NCBI GenBank assembly: GCA_963710605.1
Contig: CAVQBA010000001.1
Span: 32,001-96,000 of the forward strand
Length of the DNA: 64,000 bases
Source of the DNA: an uncultured cyanobacterium
Lineage (GTDB): Bacteria; Cyanobacteriota; Cyanobacteriia; Cyanobacteriales; Cyanobacteriaceae
Direction of reading: 5' to 3'
Under the pieces are notes generated by a model. The model saw only the letters and a program-made list of their open reading frames with translations. It made no database searches and was not told the origin of the DNA. The translations under genes were made by a program, and so were the position numbers. Of this stretch, positions 11,212 through 22,982 are shown one piece after another; within the stretch, counting starts at the first letter, position 1, and the number at the start of each line of letters is the position of its first letter.

Positions 11212-14200
11212 CTAATCTTTGATAATAGATTGGTTATCATTACCAATTTGCTCAATAATTTTAGGGAATTCTTCTAAACTATGACTTAAAGAATCAAGTT
11301 CTATATTAAGAATATGTTTTTTGAGATTATGAGCATATTCTAATAACAATTGTTGATTATATTCTTGTGCTTCCTCTTCTAAAGAATTAGCAAACTTTCT
11401 GACTTCAGATATTATTTTTGTTTGTTGTATCTTCTTCCATTGTTTTAGATATACAGTATCTAATTTAGTTATCAAATTAATTAATTTATTTGATATATTA
11501 GTTGAACTAAATATTTTTTGATAGTGGTTATTTATACTCGTAAAAATCTCTTTTTTAGCCAAAACTTGCTCAGGTAAAACTAATTTCAAAGCTTCTACCA
11601 AATTACCAATACTAATCGGCTTATGAAGAAAACCTTTAACTAAACTTGATGGTTGAATTTGAGTATAAATTTCTACATCAGTAGTAATTATAATAATTGG
11701 TATAGTATTAGTTAATTCGTTTTTAGATAATAATTTAATAGTTTTTATTATATTCAAGTAGGGTGTATTCAAATCTAATAAAATTACATTTGGTTGATAT
11801 TTACTCGCTACCATCGGTACTTTTTCACCATTATCAATAATTAAAAGTTGATGTGTAGAATCGGTAAAATAAGACTCAATTAAATCTGAATTAGACGTAA
11901 TTTCATTCACTAATAAAATAGTACTAGGAGCAAAAATAGTTAATTTATCATTACAACTATCATTGATTAGTCTATTAGTCATTGTCTCTAAAGATTGAAT
12001 CTGCTTAAATATAACTAGAAATTGGCTACCTTGATTGACTTTACTCTCAACATAAATATTACCATTGAGCATAGTTACTAGCTTTTTAGTGATAGCCAAA
12101 CCTAAACCAGTGCCACCATATTCACGATTACTTTGCCCATTTTGTTGAGTAAAAGATTGGAAAATATTTACTTGCTCTTGTTTAGGAATACCAATACCTG
12201 TATCTTCAATTAAAACTGATAAATTACATTGAGAAGAATTGGCTATTTGAGTCTGACTTGATTTAACCGTTATTTTTACATAACCATGAGAAGTAAATTT
12301 AATCGCATTACCAATTAAATTAAATAATATCTGTCTTAGTCTTACCTCATCAAAAACAATATAAAGAGGTACATTTGCTTCGATTTCTAAGTTTAAATTT
12401 AATCCCTTTTCTTCTGCTTTTAAAGAAAAAATATTGACTATTTCATATAGTAATTCATGTAAACAAATTGAGACAGATTCGGGTTGCATTTTCCCGGCTT
12501 CTATACGAGATAAATCTAAAATATCATCAATTAAAGACAGCAAAATTTTACTACTAGAAGTAAGTGAGTTAAGATAACTTTTACCTTCATCGTCATCCAC
12601 TATATCTCGTAATAAATCTGAAAAACCCAAAATAGCATTCATTGGAGTACGAATTTCATGACTCATATTAGCCAAAAACTCACTTTTAGCTACATTAGCA
12701 ATTTCGGCTTTTTCTTTCGCTTTCTCTAATTCGATCGATTTTTCTTTTAAGGTGATAAAAATTTCTGCTTGCTCAATTGCCATACCCAAGGGGTTTGTGA
12801 TATGTTTTAATAAATGTATTTGTTGGGATTGCCAACGAAAAGGATGATGATAATATGCGGCTAATAATCCCCAAAGATTATTCCTCACAAAAATAGGTAT
12901 AATACACATCGCTTCAATTCCAAATTGCTGATAAACCTCTAAATGGCAAGGAGAAAAATTAGCTAAATTAATGTTGTTGATAATAAAAATATTTTTTTGA
13001 CGATACCTACCACCTTGATGAGTTTGAAGATAAGTATCATTCCATACTCTTTGAATGTTTTTATCTAATAAAGAAGGATATTTAGATTGAGCATTTTCGG
13101 CGATAAATTCTCCTCCCCAATTTTGATCAAATTTGTAAATAGCAACGACATCACACTCTAAAAAATTTCTTACTTCTGAGGTAGTTGTATCACAAATAAT
13201 CTCTAAATCGATCGTTTCACGCATTTTTTGTATAATAGAGTTAACTGTATTATGCAATTGTGCATTTTCTTTGAGAGTTATTTCTCGACTTTTTTCAACG
13301 GTAATGTCCATAACAATACCATTCCACATAATTATACCTGAAGATAAAATTTGTGGTTCGGCTGTAATTTTTATATACTTTTGTTGATTACTATTAGTAA
13401 ATATTTCTGTTTCAAAGCTTAGTCTAGAACAATATTTAGCTGATAAATCTAAAGATTGATAAAGTTTTTTTAATTCGGTTGCCGGTAAAATTTGGAAAAT
13501 TCTGTCGCTTTTTTTGATTACTTCTTCTGGTGTTACTTCAAAAATACTATTAACAGCCTGACTGACAAAAGTAAAAGAATATTGATTATTTCCATCATCT
13601 AACAATTGAAATACCATTCCGGGTACTAAACTAGTTATATCTTTTAATTGTTCATTATTCAAGGTTTTATGTACTGAAGAATTAATCTGATTAATAATGG
13701 TTATTCCACCTTGATAGATACCATCTTCATCGTTAATTTTTTGAGAATAGACATTAACCCAAGTGTGAAAATCTTGTTTGTTTTTTAATTGATAGTTTTT
13801 GCCCCGCCCATAAAGATTATTATCCTGAGGAGATAGCTTGAAATCAATAATTTCTTGTTCAACAATTTCTTGCCAAGATTGTCTGATTAGTGTTTTTTCA
13901 TCATAACCGAAAATATTTTTTAAAGCAGGATTATTAAAAATAATATTATAATCACGATCGTACACACAAATGCCTTGAGAAGAATTATCAAGTAAAAAAG
14001 TAACTAGTTTCGGTGGCGAGTTATTTAACTGCTCAAATTCTTCGATTGCTGATAATTGCTTGATGTTTTCTAAGTTATGATTACTTTTATGATTATTTAT
14101 CCACTCCTGCCAACAAGATAACGCTTTTTGCCAAAGTATTTCATTATTACTACCACCATTAATACTTTGTGTTGATTGATTTTTTTTACTGTTAGGAGAG

Positions 14201-14217
14201 TCTGAATACTTACTCAT
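11212..14217 (-). CDS. Hybrid sensor histidine kinase: PAS-PAS-cyanobacteriochrome GAF-HisKA-HATPase-REC
   Basis: WNDTYLQ...GGRYR...SPCHL GAF motif; [15 protein letters not shown]-box; [23 protein letters not shown]. Confidence 0.9.
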   Translation of the reverse strand: MSKYSDSPNSKKNQSTQSINGGSNNEILWQKALSCWQEWINNHKSNHNLENIKQLSAIEEFEQLNNSPPKLVTFLLDNSSQGICVYDRDYNIIFNNPALKNIFGYDEKTLIRQSWQEIVEQEIIDFKLSPQDNNLYGRGKNYQLKNKQDFHTWVNVYSQKINDEDGIYQGGITIINQINSSVHKTLNNEQLKDITSLVPGMVFQLLDDGNNQYSFTFVSQAVNSIFEVTPEEVIKKSDRIFQILPATELKKLYQSLDLSAKYCSRLSFETEIFTNSNQQKYIKITAEPQILSSGIIMWNGIVMDITVEKSREITLKENAQLHNTVNSIIQKMRETIDLEIICDTTTSEVRNFLECDVVAIYKFDQNWGGEFIAENAQSKYPSLLDKNIQRVWNDTYLQTHQGGRYRQKNIFIINNINLANFSPCHLEVYQQFGIEAMCIIPIFVRNNLWGLLAAYYHHPFRWQSQQIHLLKHITNPLGMAIEQAEIFITLKEKSIELEKAKEKAEIANVAKSEFLANMSHEIRTPMNAILGFSDLLRDIVDDDEGKSYLNSLTSSSKILLSLIDDILDLSRIEAGKMQPESVSICLHELLYEIVNIFSLKAEEKGLNLNLEIEANVPLYIVFDEVRLRQILFNLIGNAIKFTSHGYVKITVKSSQTQIANSSQCNLSVLIEDTGIGIPKQEQVNIFQSFTQQNGQSNREYGGTGLGLAITKKLVTMLNGNIYVESKVNQGSQFLVIFKQIQSLETMTNRLINDSCNDKLTIFAPSTILLVNEITSNSDLIESYFTDSTHQLLIIDNGEKVPMVASKYQPNVILLDLNTPYLNIIKTIKLLSKNELTNTIPIIIITTDVEIYTQIQPSSLVKGFLHKPISIGNLVEALKLVLPEQVLAKKEIFTSINNHYQKIFSSTNISNKLINLITKLDTVYLKQWKKIQQTKIISEVRKFANSLEEEAQEYNQQLLLEYAHNLKKHILNIELDSLSHSLEEFPKIIEQIGNDNQSIIKD

Positions 14218-14525
14218 TTGAGTATTTATCTTGTTTTTTGCTATTTTTTAGTTATTTAAAGTTATATTAATTGTACCCAATTCACCTTTTTTATTAAACA
14301 ATTTATCCACTTTTTAAATAATTAAAATTATTATATATCTACTTTTAAATAACAATTATACAACTAAATTTTTCTTTAATTGTTTATTTATTCTTAAAAC
14401 TTTATGAACATATTATTAAGTAATTGTTAAGAAGAAAATAACCAAAGCTTTTTCACTAAAATGTATATATCATAATCTTTTATGATTTAAAGTTTTTTTG
14501 ATTGAGAATTGAGGATTAGGTAGTA

Positions 14526-14966
14526 TTATTTGAGATGAAAAGGTTTTTCTTGCCAATCGACAGTCCAATCTTTTTCGTTTAAATATTTAAGTAAAGGCAT
14601 AGTTACTTCTATGCTACGACAAAACCAATATTGTTTTTCTTGTTGAGAATTAGTAACAACTATTTGGTATTGATACGCATGACCCAAAGTTTTTAGCAAT
14701 CCAGGGTATCTTTTAAGTTGTTTTTTAATTTCTGATTGAGAATAAGTAACGATCGTGTTTTTTTTAAAGTGAGGTGGTATCTTAAACTTATACTGAGGTT
14801 TCTTTGGCTGTGAAGGCTCAGAAAATGATTTCTTTAGCTGAGAGGGTTCAGAAAATGGTTTCTTTAGTGGTGGTTTTTTACGAAGGATTCGAGGCGAAGA
14901 AAAAGGGAACATAACGTCTTTTACCAACAGACTATAATATATAGCAGTAAATCGAATCATAAGCAA
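14526..14966 (-). CDS. Hypothetical protein with a Lys/Pro-rich repeat
   Basis: ORF with repeated KK(P/S)FSEPSQ; start uncertain. Confidence 0.5.
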   Translation of the reverse strand: MLMIRFTAIYYSLLVKDVMFPFSSPRILRKKPPLKKPFSEPSQLKKSFSEPSQPKKPQYKFKIPPHFKKNTIVTYSQSEIKKQLKRYPGLLKTLGHAYQYQIVVTNSQQEKQYWFCRSIEVTMPLLKYLNEKDWTVDWQEKPFHLK

Positions 14967-15272
14967 ATCAATAAGTTGCGATCGATACTGTCTATTTTTT
15001 ATTCACAACTTGTGCTTATATAAATTATTTTAATGTATTTTTTAGTGTAATGACTCAAAAATAATTAATAGTTAATAATTAATCATCGTTTTAACTATTA
15101 TTTCTACAAGTAACTTTAGCAAGATTGTGATTAAGTTAACGATAAAATAGTGAAGCTATAAGCCATAGCCTATAGCTTTTAATCAAGACAACTAACCCTC
15201 ATTACTATCGATTCTCGATTTTTTTTTGGCATTTACTTGTTGCCATTATGTTAAGTTAATGGTGGTTACGTT

Positions 15273-15635
15273 TTAGGCGGCGAAAGATTTACCACAACCA
15301 CAAGTTTGACTAGCATTAGGATTAGTGAATTGAAATCCGCCACCAATCATTGCATCGCTAAAGTCTAAGACTAAACCGTATAAATATAACATACTTTTAC
15401 GATCGCAAATGATATTAAAACCATCATAATCAAAAACTTCGTCGTGTTCACCTGCATTATTAACATCTTCAAAATCCATTAAATAAGACATTCCTGAGCA
15501 TCCGCCTTGTCTAACACCTACTCTTAAACATAAATTTTCGTTACCTTGTTGTTGCTTTAACGCCAAAATATGCTTAAAAGCAGTAGGAGTTAATTGAATT
15601 CCTTGTTTATTTTTAGTAGCTACTTCTTGCGTCAT
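15273..15635 (-). CDS. sufA: A-type Fe-S carrier (HesB/IscA/SufA family)
   Basis: GGCSGMSY and CGCGKSF motifs; resembles Slr1417. Confidence 0.88.
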   Translation of the reverse strand: MTQEVATKNKQGIQLTPTAFKHILALKQQQGNENLCLRVGVRQGGCSGMSYLMDFEDVNNAGEHDEVFDYDGFNIICDRKSMLYLYGLVLDFSDAMIGGGFQFTNPNASQTCGCGKSFAA

Positions 15636-16026
15636 CTTTTCTCTTCTTAAATTTATTCTTTGATTATCATTCTATTGTACAACCAAAAACAATGAACAAT
15701 GAACAATGAATAATGAACAATGAATAATGAAATAATTATATCGAACACTATGGTATGTATAACAATTGAGAATTGAGAATTAATATTGTTAAAACTAGCT
15801 AGTTAAGATGATAGTGACAATCAAATAGTCATTTTCGTTCCGAACACTATGGTATTACTAGATGATTACGGATCTTAACGTTCTTTTTTAGTTATTATTG
15901 TTGATAACGATCGAGTTTTGTCACTATATTTCTTATATTGTCAGCATCATTAATTAATCAGAATTAATAGGATGAAGGATGAATAATAACACTCAACTTA
16001 GTAGTTAAACTCTTAACTCTTAACTC

Positions 16027-16599
16027 TTAACTCTTAACTCTTGTCGTGTTTGTTTGCATCGTTTTGTCTCCTTCTTGCCAATCTACAGGGCAAACTTCGT
16101 TATCATGAGACTGAACATATTGAATTGCTTTTAATACCCTTAGGGTTTCGTTAATGCTACGACCTACAGCTAAATTATTAGTGGTAATATGTTGGAGTAT
16201 GCCATCTGGATCAATAATAAATAAACCTCTTAAGGCAATCCCTGAGTTTGGTTCAAGTACATTATATTCTTGGCTGATTTGTTTAGTCAAATCCGAAACG
16301 AGTGGATATTGAATCTCTCCTATCCCACCTTGCTTTTTATCTGTTTGTATCCAGGCTAAATGAGCAAATTCGCTATCTACAGAGACTCCTAATACTTCTG
16401 TGTCTAAATCACTAAATTCTGTGTAACGATCGTTAAAAGCGATAATTTCTGTTGGACAAACGAAGGTAAAATCAAGAGGATAAAAAAACAAAACTACATA
16501 TTTACCCTGATAATCACTCAAACTAACTACCTGAAATTCTTGATCAATTACCGCCGTTGCTGTAAATTCAGGGGCTTGTTTGCCAACAAAAACAGTCAT
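16027..16599 (-). CDS. 2-Cys peroxiredoxin (AhpC/TSA)
   Basis: [13 protein letters not shown] and EVCP motifs. Confidence 0.93.
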   Translation of the reverse strand: MTVFVGKQAPEFTATAVIDQEFQVVSLSDYQGKYVVLFFYPLDFTFVCPTEIIAFNDRYTEFSDLDTEVLGVSVDSEFAHLAWIQTDKKQGGIGEIQYPLVSDLTKQISQEYNVLEPNSGIALRGLFIIDPDGILQHITTNNLAVGRSINETLRVLKAIQYVQSHDNEVCPVDWQEGDKTMQTNTTRVKS

Positions 16600-16842
16600 A
16601 TTTTATATAATTGGAATTACAAATTTTTGGTTAACAATTCACCAGTAATGAATTAGGTGTTAGGGAATGAGTAAGGAGTAAGAAGTATTGTCAATTGTCA
16701 ATTGCGGTGAAAGCCCGCGTCGGCGTAAGACGCAAGGGAATGTTCACCAAGACGTCAATTATCAATTATCTTTTGCCTCTTGTCCTTTGTTAATCAATTA
16801 TTATAGCATTGATAGTCGAACTAAATAATAGAAACGATCGAG

Positions 16843-18618
16843 TTGAATATGATAAATTTCTTGAGTAAGTATTATCGCCAAAAATGGCAAAAACTATTTT
16901 CGTGGCTAATTATTTTTAGTTTTAGTGCCTTAGTTTTTTCAGGTTGTCAATTTACTCAAACATCAGCCAATCCAAGAATAGTTCAAGCAATATTAAGTGA
17001 CCCTAAAACATTTAATGCCGTTTTATCGCAAGAATCACCTAATATTTTTGGGATAACTTATGAAGGGTTAACTAAAGAAAATGTGATTACAGGAGAAGTA
17101 ACACCTGCATTAGCTAAATCATGGCAATTTTCACCAGATAAACTAAGTATTACTTTTACTTTAAAAGATAATTTAAAATGGTCTGATGGCGAGCCTTTAA
17201 CCGTTGATGATGTTATTTTTAGTTATAATCAGCTATATCTTAATGAAGAAATTCCCTCTAACTCTAGAGACAGTTTGAGAGTAGGAAAAAGCCAAACTTT
17301 ACCAATAGTTGAAAAAGTAAACGACTCGCAAGTTAAATTTACTATAACAGAACCTTTTGCCCCGTTTTTACAAAGTACTAGTTTGTCTATTTTACCTAAG
17401 CATATTTTAGAGGAAAAAGTTACTCAAAAAGACAGTGAAGGAAAACCGCTTTTTCTTTCTTATTGGGGTGTCGATACACCAGCAGATGAATTAATTGTTA
17501 ATGGCCTTTATAAACTGAAAAATTATACGACTTCTCAAAGAGTAATTTTTACCAAAAATCCTTATTATTGGCAGAAAGACGCAGACAATAACGATTTACC
17601 TTACATAGAAGAAGTAGTCTGGGAAATAGTCGAATCAACCGATACATCTTTATTACAATTTCGATCGGGTAGTCTTGATAGCGTTACTGTCAGCCCCGAA
17701 TATTTTTCCTTACTCAAAAAAGAAGAAGATAGAGGTAACTTTACTATTTATAATGGTGGTCCTGCTTATGGTACTACCTTCATGTCATTTAACCTTAATC
17801 GTGGTAGTCGTAATGACCAACCTTTAGTTAATCCGATTAAATCTAAATGGTTTAATGACCTTGATTTTCGTCGGGCGATTGCGATCGCACTAAATCGAGA
17901 TAGAATGATTAATAATATTTATCGTGGTTTAGGAGAGAAACAAACCTCACCCATATCAGTCCAATCACCTTTTTATGATCCCACCCTCGAAAGTTATGAT
18001 TACGCTCCTGATTTAGCCAAGAAAATGCTTTTAGAGGCAGGTTTTCAATATGATTCCGATGGTAATTTAATCGATCGAGATAATAATCAAGTTCGTTTTA
18101 GTTTACTAACTAATGCAGGAAATAAAATTAGAGAATCTTTAGGTACACAAATAAAACAAGATTTGAGTACAATTGGAATTACCGTTGATTTTACTCCGCT
18201 TGCGTTTAATATACTAATAGATAAAGTAACTAATTCTTTAGAGTGGGATGCGATCGTACTTGGTTTTACAGGCTCAAACGAACCTCATGGAGGAATAAAT
18301 TTGTGGCTTCCTGACGGTAATTTGCATATGTTTAACCTTAATCCACAAGCAGGAAGAGAATCAATACAAGGTAGAGTAGTGCAAGATTGGGAGCAAGAAA
18401 TTGCCGATTTATATACCGAAGCCGCTAAAGAAATAGACATCGAAAAAAGAAAAGAAATTTATGCCCAAGCCCAACAATTAGCAGTAGAATATTTACCACT
18501 TATTTATCTAGTTAATCCTTATTCTTTATCTGCGGTGAGAAATAATATTGAAGGTATAGAATATTCAGCTTTAGGTGGTGCTTTTTGGAATATCGAACAA
18601 CTCAAAATCAATGAATAG
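16843..18618 (+). CDS. ABC transporter peptide/nickel-type substrate-binding lipoprotein (family 5)
   Basis: Lipobox FSGC, DPKTFN, LKWSDGEPLT.DDV. Confidence 0.9.
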   Translation: MNMINFLSKYYRQKWQKLFSWLIIFSFSALVFSGCQFTQTSANPRIVQAILSDPKTFNAVLSQESPNIFGITYEGLTKENVITGEVTPALAKSWQFSPDKLSITFTLKDNLKWSDGEPLTVDDVIFSYNQLYLNEEIPSNSRDSLRVGKSQTLPIVEKVNDSQVKFTITEPFAPFLQSTSLSILPKHILEEKVTQKDSEGKPLFLSYWGVDTPADELIVNGLYKLKNYTTSQRVIFTKNPYYWQKDADNNDLPYIEEVVWEIVESTDTSLLQFRSGSLDSVTVSPEYFSLLKKEEDRGNFTIYNGGPAYGTTFMSFNLNRGSRNDQPLVNPIKSKWFNDLDFRRAIAIALNRDRMINNIYRGLGEKQTSPISVQSPFYDPTLESYDYAPDLAKKMLLEAGFQYDSDGNLIDRDNNQVRFSLLTNAGNKIRESLGTQIKQDLSTIGITVDFTPLAFNILIDKVTNSLEWDAIVLGFTGSNEPHGGINLWLPDGNLHMFNLNPQAGRESIQGRVVQDWEQEIADLYTEAAKEIDIEKRKEIYAQAQQLAVEYLPLIYLVNPYSLSAVRNNIEGIEYSALGGAFWNIEQLKINE

Positions 18619-18756
18619 GTTTTAGGTGTTAGGTTTTAAATATCAGGATTTAAGAAGTACATTTTATTAGAAATTGAGAGTATCAATTATTTTTTTGTTT
18701 ATTGTCAATTGTCAATTGTCAATTGTCAATTCTTTATTTAACTATTAACTATCGAC

Positions 18757-19131
18757 ATGAAATATAAATTTAGTTTTTCAAGTTTCGTCTTTGCCTCATT
18801 TTTAACCATAACTGGTTGTACTAATTTAATTGGTTTAACAATTGCTTCTCCTGAAACTATCGATGTTGAAGCGGTGAAAAAAGAAGAATTAATTGATGAT
18901 TCGCTTAAAGTAACAGGTATCGTCGAAAAAATAATTCCAATGTTAGATTATACAGCCTATCTGTTGAGAGATGATCAAGAATTGATTTGGGTAACGACGA
19001 ATAAAAAAGCACCTAAAAAATTTGAAGCAGTAACAATAAAAGCCTTGATTAAAAATCAAGTAATGATTATAGAAGGAGAAGAGTATAATGAATTTTATCT
19101 AGAAGAAATTGAACGGATAATTAAGGATTAA
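18757..19131 (+). CDS. Hypothetical lipoprotein, possible OB fold
   Basis: Lipobox ITGC; V.G.V...AY.LRD...IWV pattern. Confidence 0.6.
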   Translation: MKYKFSFSSFVFASFLTITGCTNLIGLTIASPETIDVEAVKKEELIDDSLKVTGIVEKIIPMLDYTAYLLRDDQELIWVTTNKKAPKKFEAVTIKALIKNQVMIIEGEEYNEFYLEEIERIIKD

Positions 19132-19150
19132 GAATGATAGTTTTTTAATA

Positions 19151-19314
19151 TATAGTCATTTAAAAAAAGAATTAAGACAGTAATAATAATTCTAAAACCA
19201 AAGTACTAAACCCGCCTTGAACTATCGTGCAAGGCTAATATCCTGTTCGTTTAATAAATTAAACTTAAATTCAAATATAGCACTCGTGTGTCATTTTTAT
19301 TTAAAATAACTATA
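19151..19314. mobile_element. MITE-like element with TATAGT...ACTATA ends; related copy at 40362-40521
   Basis: Terminal inverted repeats; shared core CGCCTTG...CAAGGCTAATA...CGTTTAATAAATTAAAC. Confidence 0.75.
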
Positions 19315-19517
19315 AAATGAGAAAGAAAATTTATTATTTTAAAATCTAAGTTCAATTCATTGAATGTTATTATATGAACCTTCTAAATTCGTCCCTAAGG
19401 TGACTCTAAGGCTTTCAATTCGATAAAAATATATTAAACTTAAAATAAAGATTTAAGGTAGGTATTAATTAATAATTATTAATTATTAATTATTAATTAT
19501 TAATTATTAATTATTAA

Positions 19518-20372
19518 TTACCGATCGAATCTCATGCTAATATCTAACCAAGACGATCGAGTTATAGTAGCACTAGTAGAAATATAATCAACACCAGTAG
19601 AAGCAATATTTTTAATTTTAGTCAATGTAACGTTACCTGAGGCTTCTATTTTGATTAAAGAATTTTCTTGACGAATGAATTTAACTGCTTTAGTCATTTC
19701 TTCGATACTCATGTTATCTAACATAATAATATCAGCACCTTGTTCGATCGCTATTTTCACTTCTTCTAAACAACTAGTCTCAACTTCAATCGTAAGAGGA
19801 TAAGGCATTGAAGCACGAATTAATTTAATTGCTTTATCGATACCACCTGCGGCTTTGATATGGTTATCTTTAATCATCACAGCATCATCTAAACCCATAC
19901 GATGATTAATCGCACCGCCTACAGTAGAGGCATATTTTTCTAGGATTCTTAAACCAGGAGTAGTTTTACGAGTATCAACTAATTGGGTGGGATAATCGGC
20001 AATTGCTTCGACATATTTTCTGGCGGCTGTAGCAATACCGCTTAAGTGCATAACTAAATTAAGGGCGAGTCTTTCTCCTGTTAACAAAGCGGACATCTTA
20101 CCTTCTAATTCCCAAATTTTACTCCCAACAGCTAGTTTTTCTCCTTCTTCAATGTTGAAGTTATATTCCATCTTCTCATCTAAAAGGGCAAAGACTTTTT
20201 GGGCGATAGGTAATCCTGCAATAACTCCTTCTTCTTTTAATAACCAATGTGCTTTACCAACTGAAGAGTTATCATTAAAAATACATTCGGTAGTACGATC
20301 GCCACGACCAATATCTTCTAATAACCAATCACGAATCAGGGTATCTAAAATCAAAGGAGAAGGAAGGGGCAT
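19518..20372 (-). CDS. nadC: Nicotinate-nucleotide pyrophosphorylase (carboxylating)
   Basis: DTRKTTPGLR, HRMGLDD, IKDNH, IMLDN, EASG. Confidence 0.97.
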   Translation of the reverse strand: MPLPSPLILDTLIRDWLLEDIGRGDRTTECIFNDNSSVGKAHWLLKEEGVIAGLPIAQKVFALLDEKMEYNFNIEEGEKLAVGSKIWELEGKMSALLTGERLALNLVMHLSGIATAARKYVEAIADYPTQLVDTRKTTPGLRILEKYASTVGGAINHRMGLDDAVMIKDNHIKAAGGIDKAIKLIRASMPYPLTIEVETSCLEEVKIAIEQGADIIMLDNMSIEEMTKAVKFIRQENSLIKIEASGNVTLTKIKNIASTGVDYISTSATITRSSWLDISMRFDR

Positions 20373-20573
20373 AATTGAGAATTGAGAATTGAGAATTGAG
20401 AATTGAGAATAATTAAAATTTACTAATTGACTAAGGTTTTTAATTGACGAATATAAAACCTAGTTAATTGTATTTAGAGTTATAATTTTTTAGTCTGAAT
20501 CAATTGTCAACTGTCAACTGTCAATTGTCAATTATGAACTATACTTTGATTACAAGTTTATTAATGATAATGA

Positions 20574-21311
20574 ATGACAGAAGATTCTTATTTGTATGAA
20601 TATCAATCGTTAGTATCGGGTATTTTGATTAAAAGATATAAACGATTTTTAGCTGATATAGAACTTGATACAGGAGAAATAGTTACCGCTCATTGTGCTA
20701 ATACTGGTCCTATGATAGGAGTTTGTGAGGCAGGTAGTCAAGTAATGTTATCTAAAAGTGATAACCCCAAACGCAAGTTAGCCTATAGCTGGGAATTAAT
20801 CGCCGTTGGTGAAACAAATCCTGTTTGGGTAGGTATCAATACCGCTTTACCAAATAAAGTTATCAAAATAGCATTACAACAACATTTAATACCTGAATTA
20901 GCCCATCAATATGATGTAGTTAAAAGCGAAGTCAAATTTGGGCAAGACAGAAAAAGTAGAGTTGATTTTGTTTTAACTGATACTGAATCTGATATAGAAA
21001 CTTATGTTGAAGTGAAAAATACAACTTTGGCTGAAGATGGAGTTGCTTTGTTTCCTGATACCGTAACTACCAGAGGGCAAAAACACTTACGAGAATTGAT
21101 GGCTTTACCTGCTGAGACTAAAAAAGTGATGTTATATTTTATCAACCGCTCGGATTGTGAATTGTTTGATGCCGCCGAAAAGTACGATCGTACTTATGCC
21201 CAATTATTCACCGAAGCCATAAGTAAAGGGGTAAGCATCTTACCAATTCGTTTTGATGTTACCCCTAAAGGTGTTAAATATTTAGGAAAAGCGAAGATAA
21301 TTAATAATTAA
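20574..21311 (+). CDS. sfsA: DNA/RNA nuclease SfsA
   Basis: RYKRFLAD, HCANTG.M, YVEVK, FPD.VT.RGQKHL.EL. Confidence 0.95.
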   Translation: MTEDSYLYEYQSLVSGILIKRYKRFLADIELDTGEIVTAHCANTGPMIGVCEAGSQVMLSKSDNPKRKLAYSWELIAVGETNPVWVGINTALPNKVIKIALQQHLIPELAHQYDVVKSEVKFGQDRKSRVDFVLTDTESDIETYVEVKNTTLAEDGVALFPDTVTTRGQKHLRELMALPAETKKVMLYFINRSDCELFDAAEKYDRTYAQLFTEAISKGVSILPIRFDVTPKGVKYLGKAKIINN

Positions 21312-21382
21312 TAATTAATAGACACCTGCAAAAATTGTAGTGTGACAATCAGTTTTCGGATTCAGGACGATTATCTAAGGGT

Positions 21383-21649
21383 TTATTCATAATGAGTCCA
21401 CATTCTAATCACTTTAATGCTTTTTGTGTCTTCCAATATTTGATAAACTAAACGATGTTTAATATTAATTCTGCGAGAGTAATATCCTTGTAAATCTCCG
21501 ATTAATTTTTCATAAGGTGGATAAGATTCATAAGGGTTATTTTTAATTACATCAAGTAGATTATTAACTTGCTTACCCAAACCAGAAGAAGCAATTTTTC
21601 TGGCATCTTTTTGAGCCTGTTTTGTAAAAACTAACTCCCAGTTATCCAT
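21383..21649 (-). CDS. yoeB: YoeB/Txe family toxin
   Basis: EKL.GDL.G.YSRRINIKHRLVY, WTHY C-terminus. Confidence 0.9.
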   Translation of the reverse strand: MDNWELVFTKQAQKDARKIASSGLGKQVNNLLDVIKNNPYESYPPYEKLIGDLQGYYSRRINIKHRLVYQILEDTKSIKVIRMWTHYE

Positions 21650-21902
21650 TTAGAATATTTCTGACAGTTGATTCCTCAATACACTCTGATGATGGTATTT
21701 GTCCTCCTTCTTTGATCGATTCGAGCATATTAGGAATTGAACTTAAATAAAGAGTTTCTTGAATTGCATTCCATTCCGATTCAGAAATTAATACAGCATT
21801 TCCCGTTTTTCCTTTTAATAATATCGGCTGATTCTTGTCAATAGTTTGAACGACTAAATTATTAAGATTATTGTTATCTTGATTAATAGTAACTGTTTCC
21901 AT
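21642..21902 (-). CDS. yefM: Phd/YefM family antitoxin
   Basis: NAVLISE.EWNAIQETLYL; overlaps the toxin gene. Confidence 0.85.
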   Translation of the reverse strand: METVTINQDNNNLNNLVVQTIDKNQPILLKGKTGNAVLISESEWNAIQETLYLSSIPNMLESIKEGGQIPSSECIEESTVRNILNG

Positions 21903-22241
21903 CTAATTAAACTCCTTAAATTGCAAATAACAAGCTAAACAAGGCAAATCATTATTTTCTTTTTTCAGAATTGACTCTAATTGATTAGGAAAAGAAAATA
22001 AATTATTTTTTCTCTTTATTTTGAAATAAACTAGATAATTCTATTTTCATCACAATTTATTAATGTTGTCGTTATCAGAAAATATTGCCTCAAAATATTT
22101 TGAGCGATTTCATCACAAGAGGCAATATCATTATTTTACAATCATGAATAAGTTAACTATTTATCGATGTGATAATAGTAGGCAGTGCATCGCCCTACAG
22201 TCTTTACTTTTTAGACGTTTGCACCAAACCTCTCTACTAAA

Positions 22242-22982
22242 TTAACTGACTCCTAAATAAGCGGCAACGAGAAATAACCCATCAGTCACAATAGTAGTCA
22301 AAACAGCACTAGCAAAAGCAGTATAATGAAGTTCTTTTTTGATAATACCCCACAAACTGATTGCTAAAAGTATATTCGCTAATAAAATCGCCCAACTAAT
22401 TCCCCAAACACTATGTACTTGCCCGATCGCACCTTCTAGTAAAGGTTTGACTAAAGTCGGGTCAGTTTTCATTATTTCTTGCCAGTAAGGAATCAAACCC
22501 GCAATATAAAAATATAAATCAGTAATCGCTGTACCAATTAATGAGCCTAAATAAAAGTAGTTACCAATTAAACCCCAGCCTCTTTTAATTCCCCATATCG
22601 CAAAAGGTAAACCAATCGCTTCAATCGGAATATGAATAGCAGGATAATCTCTTAACCAACCCCAATAAATCGAACCACATAACCAACTCCAAGCAAAACC
22701 CCAGAGTAAATCACCCCAAAGGTATTTATCTTCTTGTTTTTGCCAATGCCAACCTAAAGCTAACCAAAAACCAGTTAACGCCAAACTTAGCCAAGGTAAT
22801 ACTCTTACTAACGGTGCTTGAAAAAAAACAGGTACTGATACTAAAAATGCCGCCGCAGAAAAAACTAATACTTTTTGACGTTTTTGCTCGTGCCACCACC
22901 AACTGAGAAGAAAACGTACTATATTTTCTTTAGTAGTCGGAACAAAGGTGTTTATTTGGGATAAAAAGGTATGGTATAACAA
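22242..22982 (-). CDS. DUF3120 family membrane protein
   Basis: FLVSVPVFFQAPLVR, WL.GSIYWGWLR, GTAITDLYF. Confidence 0.8.
   Translation of the reverse strand: MLYHTFLSQINTFVPTTKENIVRFLLSWWWHEQKRQKVLVFSAAAFLVSVPVFFQAPLVRVLPWLSLALTGFWLALGWHWQKQEDKYLWGDLLWGFAWSWLCGSIYWGWLRDYPAIHIPIEAIGLPFAIWGIKRGWGLIGNYFYLGSLIGTAITDLYFYIAGLIPYWQEIMKTDPTLVKPLLEGAIGQVHSVWGISWAILLANILLAISLWGIIKKELHYTAFASAVLTTIVTDGLFLVAAYLGVS

Noticed and set aside
20574-21311. SfsA nuclease as a possible Cas-like partner for the array
   Set aside because: Ordinary conserved housekeeping gene about 22 kb away.
22063-22245. 60-aa ORF
   Set aside because: Runs through REP-like hairpins; no protein features.
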